63,347 nucleotides of DNA from Methanobacteriota archaeon. Lineage in GTDB: Archaea; Thermoplasmatota; Thermoplasmata; SG8-5. Location: contig VMTD01000005.1 of assembly GCA_013791785.1 (NCBI GenBank), positions 1-63,347 on the forward strand. The letters run 5' to 3'. Under the pieces are notes generated by a model. It was not told where the DNA came from. It did not search any database and saw only the letters and a program-made list of their open reading frames with translations. Both the position numbers and the translations under genes were made by a program. Positions 18,990 through 27,831 of this stretch are shown here, one piece after another. Position 1 is the stretch's first letter, and every line of letters starts with the position of its first letter.

Positions 18990-19388
18990 TCAGACCCTTG
19001 TGATCTTTTTCCTATCCATTGCGACGAGATACTGGATCTCGGCGCCTTCCTTAAGGTCGTCCTTGAAATCATCCAGGATAGGCAGGCTGAATGTTTCGTA
19101 CGTTATCATGTCCATAAGCTGGACTTCCTCGCCCATTATGGCCAGTACCTGGGCCGCGCGCTTGTCTATCATCGGTACCTTGACCTTGTGGGATACCGGA
19201 TGCACGAAGCTGTGCTTCTGACCGTCGAATATACCAACGCCCTCAACCCTGGCCTTCGCTTCGCCGTGTTTCCCGGGCTTTGAGGTGGATATGCTGTTTA
19301 TCCTGCAAGGCTCATCGTCGATAATGACGTATCTGTTCTCTTTCAGGGCTCTGACCTCTGACTGTTCCCATGCCATAATAATCGGCAT
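18990..19388 (-). CDS. eif5a: Translation initiation factor 5A (aIF5A)
   Basis: Hypusine loop STSKPGKHGEAKARVEG; 132 aa. Confidence 0.93.
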   Translation of the reverse strand: MPIIMAWEQSEVRALKENRYVIIDDEPCRINSISTSKPGKHGEAKARVEGVGIFDGQKHSFVHPVSHKVKVPMIDKRAAQVLAIMGEEVQLMDMITYETFSLPILDDFKDDLKEGAEIQYLVAMDRKKITRV

Positions 19389-19413
19389 CGGTATTTCACT
19401 GTATATTAAAAGC

Positions 19414-19594
19414 CTTGCGCTTGTAAACGGTCATTGCTCAAGCGTTTTGATTCATTTATTATCATATTACATTTTGTTACTGGTTGCTTTGTTCAGTTCT
19501 TGTATCAGTTATATCAAAATTACATCCCCTATTGTTATTGTAATCTGTCATAATAGGTTGGAGCTTGGTGATACGGACCGTTTACCTATGCAAG
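19414..19594. repeat. AT-rich ~180-bp segment bounded by the inverted repeat CTTGC-nnn-GTAAACGGTC / GACCGTTTAC-nnnn-GCAAG
   Basis: The left arm (19414-19432) and right arm (19576-19594) are reverse complements apart from a short internal loop. No flanking duplication was seen. Confidence 0.35.
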
Positions 19595-19716
19595 AGTTTT
19601 AAGAAAATATTTTATACATTGTATACCATGACGTAAATCGGAAAGGCTTTCTTTCGGAAATCGAAAGAATGAACCAATTGGAGAGGTTGAAATGAAACAG
19701 GAGAGATACTCTGAAG

Positions 19717-20223
19717 ATGTATGGGGATTTGAACTGGTTTGATGCACCCAACGATGTAAAGATGTCTGTTTACATAAAGAATAGAATCATACCGCAGGGT
19801 GAAAAATTAACGTGCCAACTGATTCTCTGGAACAGGAGCGCTTCAAGCATATCGGCCAATGTTTATCTTGACATCAACAATTCGGGCGATTTGAAATGCT
19901 GCACCCAGGACAAGATGAATGATATTCAGCCTGGCAACATTGCGTATGACATGTGGACATTGGGCACCGATAAGAGAAGTGTCGGTGACCATCAGATCGG
20001 TTTCTTCTGCGAGCCGAAAAGCGGTGCCTACTACGGAAAAACCGCTGGCCGTTATGCTTTGGGTGCTTTGGTAGGAATAAGGCCAGGAAAATCGGTCGGC
20101 GGCTTCAGTACCAAATACAGAATAGTGAATGGGATAGATTGCCCCCAGTGCAAGAAGAGCCTTCTCTGGAAAAAGGAACCGAAAACTGGTTGGTATTGCG
20201 ACCATTGCGACGGGTGGCTGTAA
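19717..20223 (+). CDS. Hypothetical protein with a C-terminal C4 zinc ribbon
   Basis: 168 aa, ending CPQCKKSLLWKKEPKTGWYCDHCDGW. Confidence 0.55.
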   Translation: MYGDLNWFDAPNDVKMSVYIKNRIIPQGEKLTCQLILWNRSASSISANVYLDINNSGDLKCCTQDKMNDIQPGNIAYDMWTLGTDKRSVGDHQIGFFCEPKSGAYYGKTAGRYALGALVGIRPGKSVGGFSTKYRIVNGIDCPQCKKSLLWKKEPKTGWYCDHCDGWL

Positions 20224-20240
20224 ATAGTATTCCCTGAATC

Positions 20241-20377
20241 GTAAACATTCAGCGAAACAATAACGATTGTAGATTTAGGGATTGTAGATTGTAGATTTAC
20301 GACGAACGGGCATCCTGCCAGCAAAAATCTAAAATCTAAGTTCTAAAATCTAAAATCTCAGAAGACCTACCTCTTAC
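20241..20377 (-). mobile_element. MITE-A copy 3 (reverse orientation)
   Basis: GTAAACATTCAGCG...GATTGTAGATT heptads...core...AATCTAAAATCT heptads...CAGAAGACCTACCTCTTAC. No clear target-site duplication. Confidence 0.75.
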
Positions 20378-20391
20378 GATTACGCAAAAGG

Positions 20392-20399
20392 TTTATTAT
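20392..20399 (+). promoter_or_regulatory. BRE/TATA-like AAAAGGTTTATTAT, centred about 24-25 nt upstream of the DGGGPS ATG
   Basis: Same AAAAG-N-TTTAT motif as upstream of the tRNA, the CBS gene and XPD. Confidence 0.45.
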
Positions 20400-20419
20400 C
20401 CAAACCCTTTCAACCATTG

Positions 20420-21250
20420 ATGTCGGGAATAACCCAGCTTCTCAGGCCGAAGAACTGCCTCATGGCCGTGCTGTCCATAGTGATAGTGGCCCTGGTAGCC
20501 TGCCGTTTCGAGATTTATGCGGTTCCCCTGGCGGAAGTTCTTGCCGCTTCTCTGGTGGTCTTCATGTTCACCGGCGCCGGGAATACCCTGAACGATTACC
20601 TGGATCGGGATATCGACCGTCTCAACCACCCGGAACGCCCCATACCGGCCGGCAGGGTAAAGCCCCGAACCGCCACCGTACTTTCCGGCGTTCTGTTCTC
20701 TGTATCCGTAATACTGGGCCTGTGGCTGAGCCTCTACTGCATGCTGATAATCCTTCTCAACCTGGCAATAATGCTGGCCTACGAGTTCAGGACCAAGTCC
20801 CTGGGCCTCTCGGGAAATATCATGATTAGCTGGTTAACCGCGTCGCTGTTCCTTTTCGGCGGCTTCGCGGTGCTTGATTCATTCCCGTCGATAATGGAAC
20901 CGGTGCTTTTCATGTTCTTCCTGTCGTTCTTCGCCACGCTGGGCAGGGAGATAGCCAAGGACATTCAGGACATGGCAGGTGATGTCGGAAGGAAAACCCT
21001 CCCAATGCGCATCGGAGCCGCCGGAGCCGGAAAAGTTGCATCAATGGCCTTCCTGTTCGGTATAGGCCTCAGCCCGTTACCCTACTTCCTGGGCATATTC
21101 GGCTTCTTCTATCTGGTGGCCGTGCTTCTGGCAGATGCGATATTTATTTATGGTGCCTGGGTGATTTCCCGGAACCCCGGAAAGACATCGGAAAGCGCGA
21201 AATTGGCCATGTTCGTGGCCCTGCTGGCCTTCCTTGTAGGAGTGATATGA
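20420..21250 (+). CDS. UbiA-family prenyltransferase, likely digeranylgeranylglyceryl phosphate synthase
   Basis: NDYLDRDIDRLNHPERPIPAGR and a second Asp-rich KDIQDMAGD. Polytopic membrane protein, coupled to the GGGPS gene. The first ATG is at 20420. Confidence 0.85.
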   Translation: MSGITQLLRPKNCLMAVLSIVIVALVACRFEIYAVPLAEVLAASLVVFMFTGAGNTLNDYLDRDIDRLNHPERPIPAGRVKPRTATVLSGVLFSVSVILGLWLSLYCMLIILLNLAIMLAYEFRTKSLGLSGNIMISWLTASLFLFGGFAVLDSFPSIMEPVLFMFFLSFFATLGREIAKDIQDMAGDVGRKTLPMRIGAAGAGKVASMAFLFGIGLSPLPYFLGIFGFFYLVAVLLADAIFIYGAWVISRNPGKTSESAKLAMFVALLAFLVGVI

Positions 21251-21984
21251 TGAACGTAATGGAAATTATATGCAACAAGCTGGAAACCCAGAAGCTTCAC
21301 ATGACATTGCTGGACCCGGACGACCAGGAACCGTCCGTCGCCGCAAGGATAGCATCCGAAGCAGTAGCCGTAGGCACTGACGCGATAATGCTGGGAGGCT
21401 CCACCGGCGTCACCCAGGAAATCCTCGATGAAACCGTAATTGCCATCAAAAGTTCTGTGGACATTCCGGTTATTCTCTTCCCCACCGAGGCCAAGGCCAT
21501 TTCACTCATGGCGGATGCCATCTATTTCATGAGCCTACTCAATTCCCGGAATCCGAAATTCCTCCTGGGCGAGCAGATGAAAGCCGCCGCTCTCATCAAG
21601 AAGAGCGGTTTGGAGCCCATCTCCATGGGTTACATCATCGTGGAACCGGGCATGAGGGCCGGAATGGTGGGGGAAGCTGAACTAATTCGAAGGGACGACA
21701 TGAAAACCGCAATCGGTTATTCTGTGGCCGGCGAACTGCTGGGCATGAAATTGATCTATCTGGAAGCCGGCTCGGGCGCTCCCGAACCGGTGCCGTCCGC
21801 ACTCATTCAGGGCGTCAGAAAGGCCATCGACATACCGCTCATAGTGGGCGGCGGCATACGTTCTCCGGAGCAAGCCAGTGCCGCAATAAAGGCCGGTGCT
21901 GACATCATTGTCACCGGAACGATTGTCGAGGAAGAAGGCATCACCGAAAAATTCAGGAATATTGTAAAAGCTATCAAGGCCTGA
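21247..21984 (+). CDS. Geranylgeranylglyceryl phosphate synthase (PcrB/GGGPS family)
   Basis: LIYLEAGSGAPEPVP and IPLIVGGGIRSPEQA; 245 aa; ATGA overlap with the upstream gene. Confidence 0.9.
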   Translation: MMNVMEIICNKLETQKLHMTLLDPDDQEPSVAARIASEAVAVGTDAIMLGGSTGVTQEILDETVIAIKSSVDIPVILFPTEAKAISLMADAIYFMSLLNSRNPKFLLGEQMKAAALIKKSGLEPISMGYIIVEPGMRAGMVGEAELIRRDDMKTAIGYSVAGELLGMKLIYLEAGSGAPEPVPSALIQGVRKAIDIPLIVGGGIRSPEQASAAIKAGADIIVTGTIVEEEGITEKFRNIVKAIKA

Positions 21985-22567
21985 GCATCTTCAGGAACAT
22001 CGCGTGAATGCGGTGGTCCGGCACCAGTTCAGGATGAAAAGTAAGCGCCAGAATATTGCCTTGTATTACCATGATATGCTCGCCGTCCAGCATGGCCAGG
22101 GATTTTACGCTGTTTCCTATCCGGGCAATTCTCGGCGCTCTTATGAATATGCCGTGAAAATCGCCTTCCAGTCCTTCAATTTTCAGGGGTTTTTCGAAGG
22201 ATTCTGCCTGCCTGCCGAATGCGTTTCTGCGGACCGACATGTCCATGAGCCCCAGCGGCTTGACTTCCTGGCCCCTCCGGTCAAGGATCTCGGAAGAAAG
22301 AAGAATTGTTCCGGCACAGGTTCCCATGATTGGCTTGCCGGATGCGGCAAAATCAAGTATGGGCTGCCTGAGCCCGAACCTGTCCAGCTGCTTGGCGATG
22401 GTGGTGCTCTCACCCCCGGGCATGAGCAATGCCGAAACCGTTTCCAGCTCGGATTTACGCCTTACCCGGACAACATCGCCCTGAATGTCCAGGCTCTTGA
22501 CGGCCGTTTCGAGGGCAAGTACATGCTCGCTCACATCGCCCTGAAGTGCCAGAACTCCGATTCTCAT
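21974..22567 (-). CDS. pdxT: Pyridoxal 5'-phosphate synthase glutaminase subunit
   Basis: MRIGVLALQGD, catalytic GTCAG and FHPEL. Confidence 0.9.
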   Translation of the reverse strand: MRIGVLALQGDVSEHVLALETAVKSLDIQGDVVRVRRKSELETVSALLMPGGESTTIAKQLDRFGLRQPILDFAASGKPIMGTCAGTILLSSEILDRRGQEVKPLGLMDMSVRRNAFGRQAESFEKPLKIEGLEGDFHGIFIRAPRIARIGNSVKSLAMLDGEHIMVIQGNILALTFHPELVPDHRIHAMFLKMLRP

Positions 22568-22653
22568 CTTCCGGGCATCGGCAATGCCGATAAAATGCTT
22601 TCTCCCTGCGCTGATTTTTCAAAATATGGGCAAAAAATTACTGCAAAAATGCC

Positions 22654-22708
22654 GAGAAAGCCCAGCCCTGGTAACAAACGCCAGCCACTTTAGGGGCTGG
22701 TAGTTTAC
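22654..22708. repeat. Hairpin element B, copy 2 (left terminus degenerate)
   Basis: CCCAGCCCTGGTAACAAACGCCAGCCACTTTAGGGGCTGGTAGTTTAC. The terminal GTTTAC holds the TAA stop of the 22705-23022 gene. Confidence 0.6.
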
Positions 22709-23022
22709 CTGGCTGTGAAGTCAATCTCTTCCAGGCCCTTCCTGGCCACATTGTCCTCGGGATCGTATCCCAGAACCTCGATGTAGTAGCTGCGGGCCTC
22801 CTGCATCAGTTCCGGACTCTGGACCCTCCATCCAACGCGATAGAGTGAATCGGCCTTGAAATTGAGAATCACATTCCTCATGTAGAATTCCGGCTCATGG
22901 TTCATGGCCATATCGCATAGCTGGACGGCCCTTCCGAATTTTCCGGCTCCCCTCATGTCCCCTATGCGCTTGATGTACATCGAAATCTCCGGCCTGAGGC
23001 TTATCAGTTCGTCGTCCGACAT
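22705..23022 (-). CDS. Small hypothetical protein, possibly TPR-like helical
   Basis: 105-aa ORF starting at ATG. Helical repeat-like sequence, no assignable family. Confidence 0.5.
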   Translation of the reverse strand: MSDDELISLRPEISMYIKRIGDMRGAGKFGRAVQLCDMAMNHEPEFYMRNVILNFKADSLYRVGWRVQSPELMQEARSYYIEVLGYDPEDNVARKGLEEIDFTAR

Positions 23023-23077
23023 TTGCCTTCCTCTATAGGCATAATGCGCAGGATGGTTAAATATCTTGTCCTTGCCT

Positions 23078-23218
23078 GTAAGAGTTCAGTCTTCTGAAAT
23101 TTTAGATTTTAGATTTTAGATATTTGCAGGAATATGCAACGCCGTCAATCCGTCGTAAATCTACAATCGTCAATCTACAATCTACAATCGTTATTGCTCC
23201 ATTTCACTGAATACTTAC
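23078..23218 (+). mobile_element. MITE-A copy 4 (canonical, 141 bp), with a 7/8 target-site duplication CCTTGCCT / CCTTGTCT
   Basis: TIRs GTAAGAGTTCAGT / ACTGAATACTTAC. Interior (TTTTAGA)3, core, ATCTACA heptads. The right TIR holds the nitroreductase TAA stop. Confidence 0.85.
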
Positions 23219-23739
23219 CCTTGTCTGCCAAACTCATCATAACTGACAATGGTCTTGATGGCCTTCCTTTTTGCCCCGCCGGTGAGCGTCCTGGCCAGGT
23301 CCATTTTCTTCCGTTCGTAGCCCAGGGCAATCAGGCAGATAACATCATAATTCTCCGGTATCTTGAGCAGCGCTTTCACTTTTTCCACGTCGAAGCTCCC
23401 GACCCAGCACGTCCCCAGGCCTTCTGCCGTTGCTGCCAGGACCAAAGTCTGCAATGCGATGCTTGTGTCAATCGTGTTCCAGTGCGGCGAGGCCTTTCCG
23501 TCCCCGCAACCGACAATCACAACAGGCGTATCCTTGAGGAACTTGGCCCAGGTCCCTTCCGAGAGCGCGGCACGTTTGGCAGGGTCCCGCACAACGATGA
23601 AATGCCATGGCTGGAGGTTCTTGGCCGATGGCGAGAGGCGAGCGGATTCCAGGATTTTCGCGAGTACGTCGTCCGGGACAGGCCTATCGTCATAGGCACG
23701 GACAGATTTTCTTGATTTCACGGTTTCGAAGAACTCCAT
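23215..23739 (-). CDS. Nitroreductase family protein
   Basis: MEFFETVKSRKSVRAY...SPSAKNLQPWHFIVV; 174 aa from the internal ATG at 23739. The longer 301-aa ORF lacks homology-like sequence upstream. Confidence 0.85.
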   Translation of the reverse strand: MEFFETVKSRKSVRAYDDRPVPDDVLAKILESARLSPSAKNLQPWHFIVVRDPAKRAALSEGTWAKFLKDTPVVIVGCGDGKASPHWNTIDTSIALQTLVLAATAEGLGTCWVGSFDVEKVKALLKIPENYDVICLIALGYERKKMDLARTLTGGAKRKAIKTIVSYDEFGRQG

Positions 23740-23995
23740 GGGGGTGGATTGGCGTCGAAAGAATAAATGTTTGCCCTGAACGGTAAACCTGAGATTATGG
23801 TGGTATCGACTTGAAATGCTCATCACTCCCCACCCTTTCTCCATCTCCTTCACATCCCCCGGCAACCCAACCAACGGAATCATGATTACCTCCACTCCAA
23901 CCCGTGAATAATCCTCTTCGTATAAATTGAGTTCACGGAGGAACCAAAAGCATGAAATACAACGAACCCATTCATTAACAATAGGGGGAACTCCC

Positions 23996-26900
23996 ATGAT
24001 AGCCAATAAATTGAAATGCATAGGATTTGCAATGTTATTAATGACCGGAACACTGGCAGGTTTGACAGTGTTTTCACAGACGGCCTCGGCTGGCGTCAGC
24101 GGAAACATCTCCGTCGACACAACCTGGAGCGGAACTGTCTACATCGAAGGAAATGTGATTGTTGACCCAGGAGTCACACTCACCATTGACCCTGGAACAG
24201 AAGTTCGTTTCAATGGTTATTACTATCTGAATGTGAACGGATATTTATACGCAAACGGAACTCCATCAAATAGAATAGTTTTCAGATCGAATTCATCAAC
24301 TCCTGGATTAATGGACTGGAGTGTGATCGATACGGGGATAGGTACAGGGATAAAAACAGAATACAGATATTGCGATTTCAGCCACTTCGCGAATTCGATA
24401 AGAACCTCCAGAAATGTTGGAGATTTGTTTGATAATTGCACCGCGTCCAATGCTTTCGGTAATGTTTGGGTGAGAGCAGATTGGACCAACATTACCAACT
24501 GTATCTTTAATCCGATTAGTGGTGTATCGATAGAATCAGATTATAATCACATAGATAATCTCACCATGCTGGACAATCAGATGTATATGTCCTATGCCAA
24601 TAACAACATCATTTCTAATTTAAATCACTCTGGAATTCTGCAACTAACAATAGACAATTCAGACAATAACCGCTTTATTAATGGCTTTGCCAAGAATGGC
24701 ATTAAATTTGAAGTCAATTCAGATAACAACACAGTTGAGAATTATGAAATTTGGAACTGGCTGGAGGCATATAACTGTGGGCATAATGCTAACAACACGG
24801 TAAAGAATTCCACAATATTTGCCACAGCGCTTCTGAATCAATCATCCTCGATGTCAATAATCAATTCCTCCAATGGTGGTGGAAACTACCAGGATTTGAC
24901 TTCAGAACTATGGATTAATTGGTATATGCATGTGAATGTAACATATTCCACTGGTCTTCCCGCCGTAGGCGTATCCGTCACAGTGAATGACACGCTTGGA
25001 AGAACGGTCAAAGTCGGGACAACAGATGCCAGCGGGATACTCAGGGATATCGAATGCATTCATTACCGAGGTAATGACACAAATGGAGACCAAGATGACA
25101 ACGATATGTCTGAGAAGATATATTTTACACCACATAACGTAACTGTCGAGAAAGCAGGTATAAAAGGCTACGCTGATGTTACAATGGACGCGACCAAAAC
25201 AGTGAACATAGTCCTGGTGGACGATTCAGCCCCATCTGCGGATTCTTATGCGCCAACTGGTGTTTCCGCACCTTTGGATTCCGATGTCTTCATCCAGTGG
25301 AACGACACCATGAACTGGACCACCGTTGAAAATTCATTTGAATTCACGGACGTTACAACCACCTGGGATTCAACTGATGGAACATGGAACCACGATAATA
25401 TGGCCCAGACATCTACCTTCTCACCGACAGTTCCATTTGATTTTGATACTCAATACTGGGTTGGAATCAACATAACGGCCACAGATGCCGCAGGAAACCC
25501 GCTGGACCAAGATAAGGATGGCACTGGCGGAGAGTGGCCGGATGACGTTCTCATCTGGACATTCACCACATCTGCAAATGCCGTACCGATCATAACTATA
25601 AGCAACCCAGGCGGAGCATCCGACTGGACCGGCGCCACCCCCCACCCAATCTGGTGGAACTGCACCGACACCGAGGATACGGCGACTGACAGCCTGACAA
25701 TCTTCCTCAACTACACCTCCAGCGACGGCTCGGGCGCCGTTGCGGGCCCGTTGCTGAACGGAACAGCCAGGCCTTACATGTGGGTGCTTCCGGCGATAGA
25801 TGCGTCAGATGTGGTGGTCCACGCAACCGTTATTGACTCCAACGGGGCGAAAGGCTATTTCGACACCCCGGCTTTCACCATAGATTCCACGCAACCCCAG
25901 GTTACAGGCGTTTCTCCTACACCATTTTCAGTGGGAATCTCCCCTGCTACTGTCGTGACCATTACCTTTGACGAGCCAATGAACCAGGCAGAAACAGAAG
26001 CGGCATTCACCCTGGAGAATTTCACATCCACGGTTGCAGGAACGTTCGGCTGGAATGCCCAAAGCACGCAAATGACCTTCACCCCAGCACAAAGCCTGGA
26101 CTTGAACACTGTTTACTGGGTCAACACTACGACCGTGGCGGAGGATGATTCGGAGCCCGGAAATGCACTGGCAACTTCAAATTCTTCGGTTTTCACTACA
26201 TTGGTAACTGTTGATTCCACCGGGCCGGCAGTCACCGTTGGGCCGGAGATCGAGCCCGCCATTGTCTACGTCGATGGAATTCACGACACAACCATCTGGA
26301 TAAACGCGACAATAGATGATTTCAACCTGGGCAACAGCACCATTGCCGCGGCCGAACTGATTATTGGGGACGAGCACCCGCCCACAATTCAGGATGGTAC
26401 CGGCATTCCGATGGAAGCCGTTGATGGGACTTTCGATGAAATGAATGAAACCGTTACCATCGACCAGAATGGCTTTTTGAGCCTGCCTGCTATGACACTG
26501 TATTATTGGGTCCACGGGCAGGATTCGGAAGACAACTGGGGAGAATGGAAGCTCGTTACCTTGGAATTGATTGACAGCGAGCCACCGGAGATTACCACCT
26601 ATGTGCCCACGGGAACAAATGTCAACCCCAATTCTTCGGTTCTTTTCTCATTTGATGAAGTAATGAATCACACATCTGTTCAAGATTCCCTATCTGTGAG
26701 TCCGTATTTGGATGGTGCGGGTGGATTTTTCTTCAATACTGGCAGTTATCAAGACTACAATTTTAGTATGGCAAATAACTTTCATCAAAACATCACTTAT
26801 ACTATTACGATAAATTCAAGCATCGCAAAAGATACTGCCGGAAACTTCCTGGATGGGAACGAGAACGGCATTGCCGAGGGCTCTCCGACTGATGATTTTT

Positions 26901-27601
26901 CCTGGTCTTTCACGACCTGGATTGACCGGGACGGCGACAATATCCCAGACAATATTGACCCGGATGACGACAACGATGGTGTGAATGACACGGAAGACGA
27001 TTTCCCGCTGGACTATACCGAGTGGTTGGATTCTGACAACGATAACATTGGTGACAACGAGGACACCGATGACGATGGTGATGGTGTTCCCGATTCTGAA
27101 GACCTGGCCCCGCTGGACCCTGCTATTGGTGGAGACATTACACCGCCATCCGCCCCGACCAATCTCAATCTTACCGCTCAGGAAACCGGAATCCTCGTGA
27201 AATGGGACGCGCCGCCGGAACTGGACATTCATCATTATGCCGTTTATAGGAGCACGGACAATGCGGCGTTTACCAGGATCGGAAACGTAACTGGCTCGAC
27301 ATCTTACCTGGACTCGGCACTTGTCGCCAACACCACGTATTACTACAAAGTCTCGGCCATAGACAATGTCTCCAATGAATCGCCGTTCTCCAATGTGGAG
27401 CACATCACCTGGCAAGCGTCAGAACCGCCCAAGCCGAATTCCCAAACGGATTACATGCCTTACATTCTGCTACTGATCATTCTTGTCATAGGGATACTGG
27501 TGGTTTCTGTTATATTGAAAAAGAAACCTAAGAATCCCGACTCAAAAGAGCATCAAATTGAGGATGAGAACGAAATAGTTGATGGAAAACAAGTGTCATG
27601 A
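23996..27601 (+). CDS. Large surface protein (1201 aa): signal peptide, beta-helix region, SbsA-type Ig-like domains, TSP3-like Ca-binding Asp repeats, FN3 and a C-terminal TM anchor
   Basis: Start MIANKLKCIGFAMLLMTGTLAG after a GGGGG box. DRDGDNIPDNIDPDDDNDGVNDTEDD...DSDNDNIGDNEDTDDDGDGVPDSED. FN3 YAVYRSTD...TTYYYKVSAIDNVSNES. TM YILLLIILVIGILVVSVIL. Confidence 0.85.
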   Translation: MIANKLKCIGFAMLLMTGTLAGLTVFSQTASAGVSGNISVDTTWSGTVYIEGNVIVDPGVTLTIDPGTEVRFNGYYYLNVNGYLYANGTPSNRIVFRSNSSTPGLMDWSVIDTGIGTGIKTEYRYCDFSHFANSIRTSRNVGDLFDNCTASNAFGNVWVRADWTNITNCIFNPISGVSIESDYNHIDNLTMLDNQMYMSYANNNIISNLNHSGILQLTIDNSDNNRFINGFAKNGIKFEVNSDNNTVENYEIWNWLEAYNCGHNANNTVKNSTIFATALLNQSSSMSIINSSNGGGNYQDLTSELWINWYMHVNVTYSTGLPAVGVSVTVNDTLGRTVKVGTTDASGILRDIECIHYRGNDTNGDQDDNDMSEKIYFTPHNVTVEKAGIKGYADVTMDATKTVNIVLVDDSAPSADSYAPTGVSAPLDSDVFIQWNDTMNWTTVENSFEFTDVTTTWDSTDGTWNHDNMAQTSTFSPTVPFDFDTQYWVGINITATDAAGNPLDQDKDGTGGEWPDDVLIWTFTTSANAVPIITISNPGGASDWTGATPHPIWWNCTDTEDTATDSLTIFLNYTSSDGSGAVAGPLLNGTARPYMWVLPAIDASDVVVHATVIDSNGAKGYFDTPAFTIDSTQPQVTGVSPTPFSVGISPATVVTITFDEPMNQAETEAAFTLENFTSTVAGTFGWNAQSTQMTFTPAQSLDLNTVYWVNTTTVAEDDSEPGNALATSNSSVFTTLVTVDSTGPAVTVGPEIEPAIVYVDGIHDTTIWINATIDDFNLGNSTIAAAELIIGDEHPPTIQDGTGIPMEAVDGTFDEMNETVTIDQNGFLSLPAMTLYYWVHGQDSEDNWGEWKLVTLELIDSEPPEITTYVPTGTNVNPNSSVLFSFDEVMNHTSVQDSLSVSPYLDGAGGFFFNTGSYQDYNFSMANNFHQNITYTITINSSIAKDTAGNFLDGNENGIAEGSPTDDFSWSFTTWIDRDGDNIPDNIDPDDDNDGVNDTEDDFPLDYTEWLDSDNDNIGDNEDTDDDGDGVPDSEDLAPLDPAIGGDITPPSAPTNLNLTAQETGILVKWDAPPELDIHHYAVYRSTDNAAFTRIGNVTGSTSYLDSALVANTTYYYKVSAIDNVSNESPFSNVEHITWQASEPPKPNSQTDYMPYILLLIILVIGILVVSVILKKKPKNPDSKEHQIEDENEIVDGKQVS

Positions 27602-27705
27602 TTAGGCAAATTGGGATTCTGATTTTGCATCGAATTATTAAATCTGGATTGACTCCGGGAAAGGCGAGTTCAAGTTAACCCATTTTTATTGAAGTGAGAA
27701 TAATT

Positions 27706-27718
27706 AAAGAAAGAAAAA
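27706..27718 (-). terminator. Oligo-T tract directly after the tRNA 3' end
   Basis: The minus strand reads TTTTTCTTTCTTT right after the discriminator base. Confidence 0.5.
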
Positions 27719-27792
27719 TGGACAGAGCGAGATTCGAACTCGCGGCCTCCTCCATGCCAAGGAGGCGATCTACCGAGCTGATCTATCTGCCC
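27719..27792 (-). tRNA. tRNA-Ala (anticodon GGC), no encoded CCA
   Basis: GGGCAGATAGATCAGCTCGGTAGATCGCCTCCTTGGCATGGAGGAGGCCGCGAGTTCGAATCTCGCTCTGTCCA folds as a cloverleaf. It has the G3:U70 alanine identity pair, anticodon loop TTGGCAT, T-loop TTCGAAT and A73. Confidence 0.92.
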
Positions 27793-27822
27793 ATTAAATC
27801 TGATACTGCCAATAAGATATTG

Positions 27823-27831
27823 GATATAAAC
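27823..27831 (-). promoter_or_regulatory. BRE/TATA-like CAAAAGTTTATATC, 32-38 nt upstream of the mature tRNA 5' end
   Basis: The spacing fits a short 5' leader removed by RNase P. Confidence 0.5.

Noticed and set aside
23740-24120. Upstream extension of the nitroreductase ORF (301-aa version)
   Set aside because: The nitroreductase fold starts at MEFFETVKSRKSVRAY. The extension runs into the promoter and start of the divergent surface-protein gene and has no family-like sequence.
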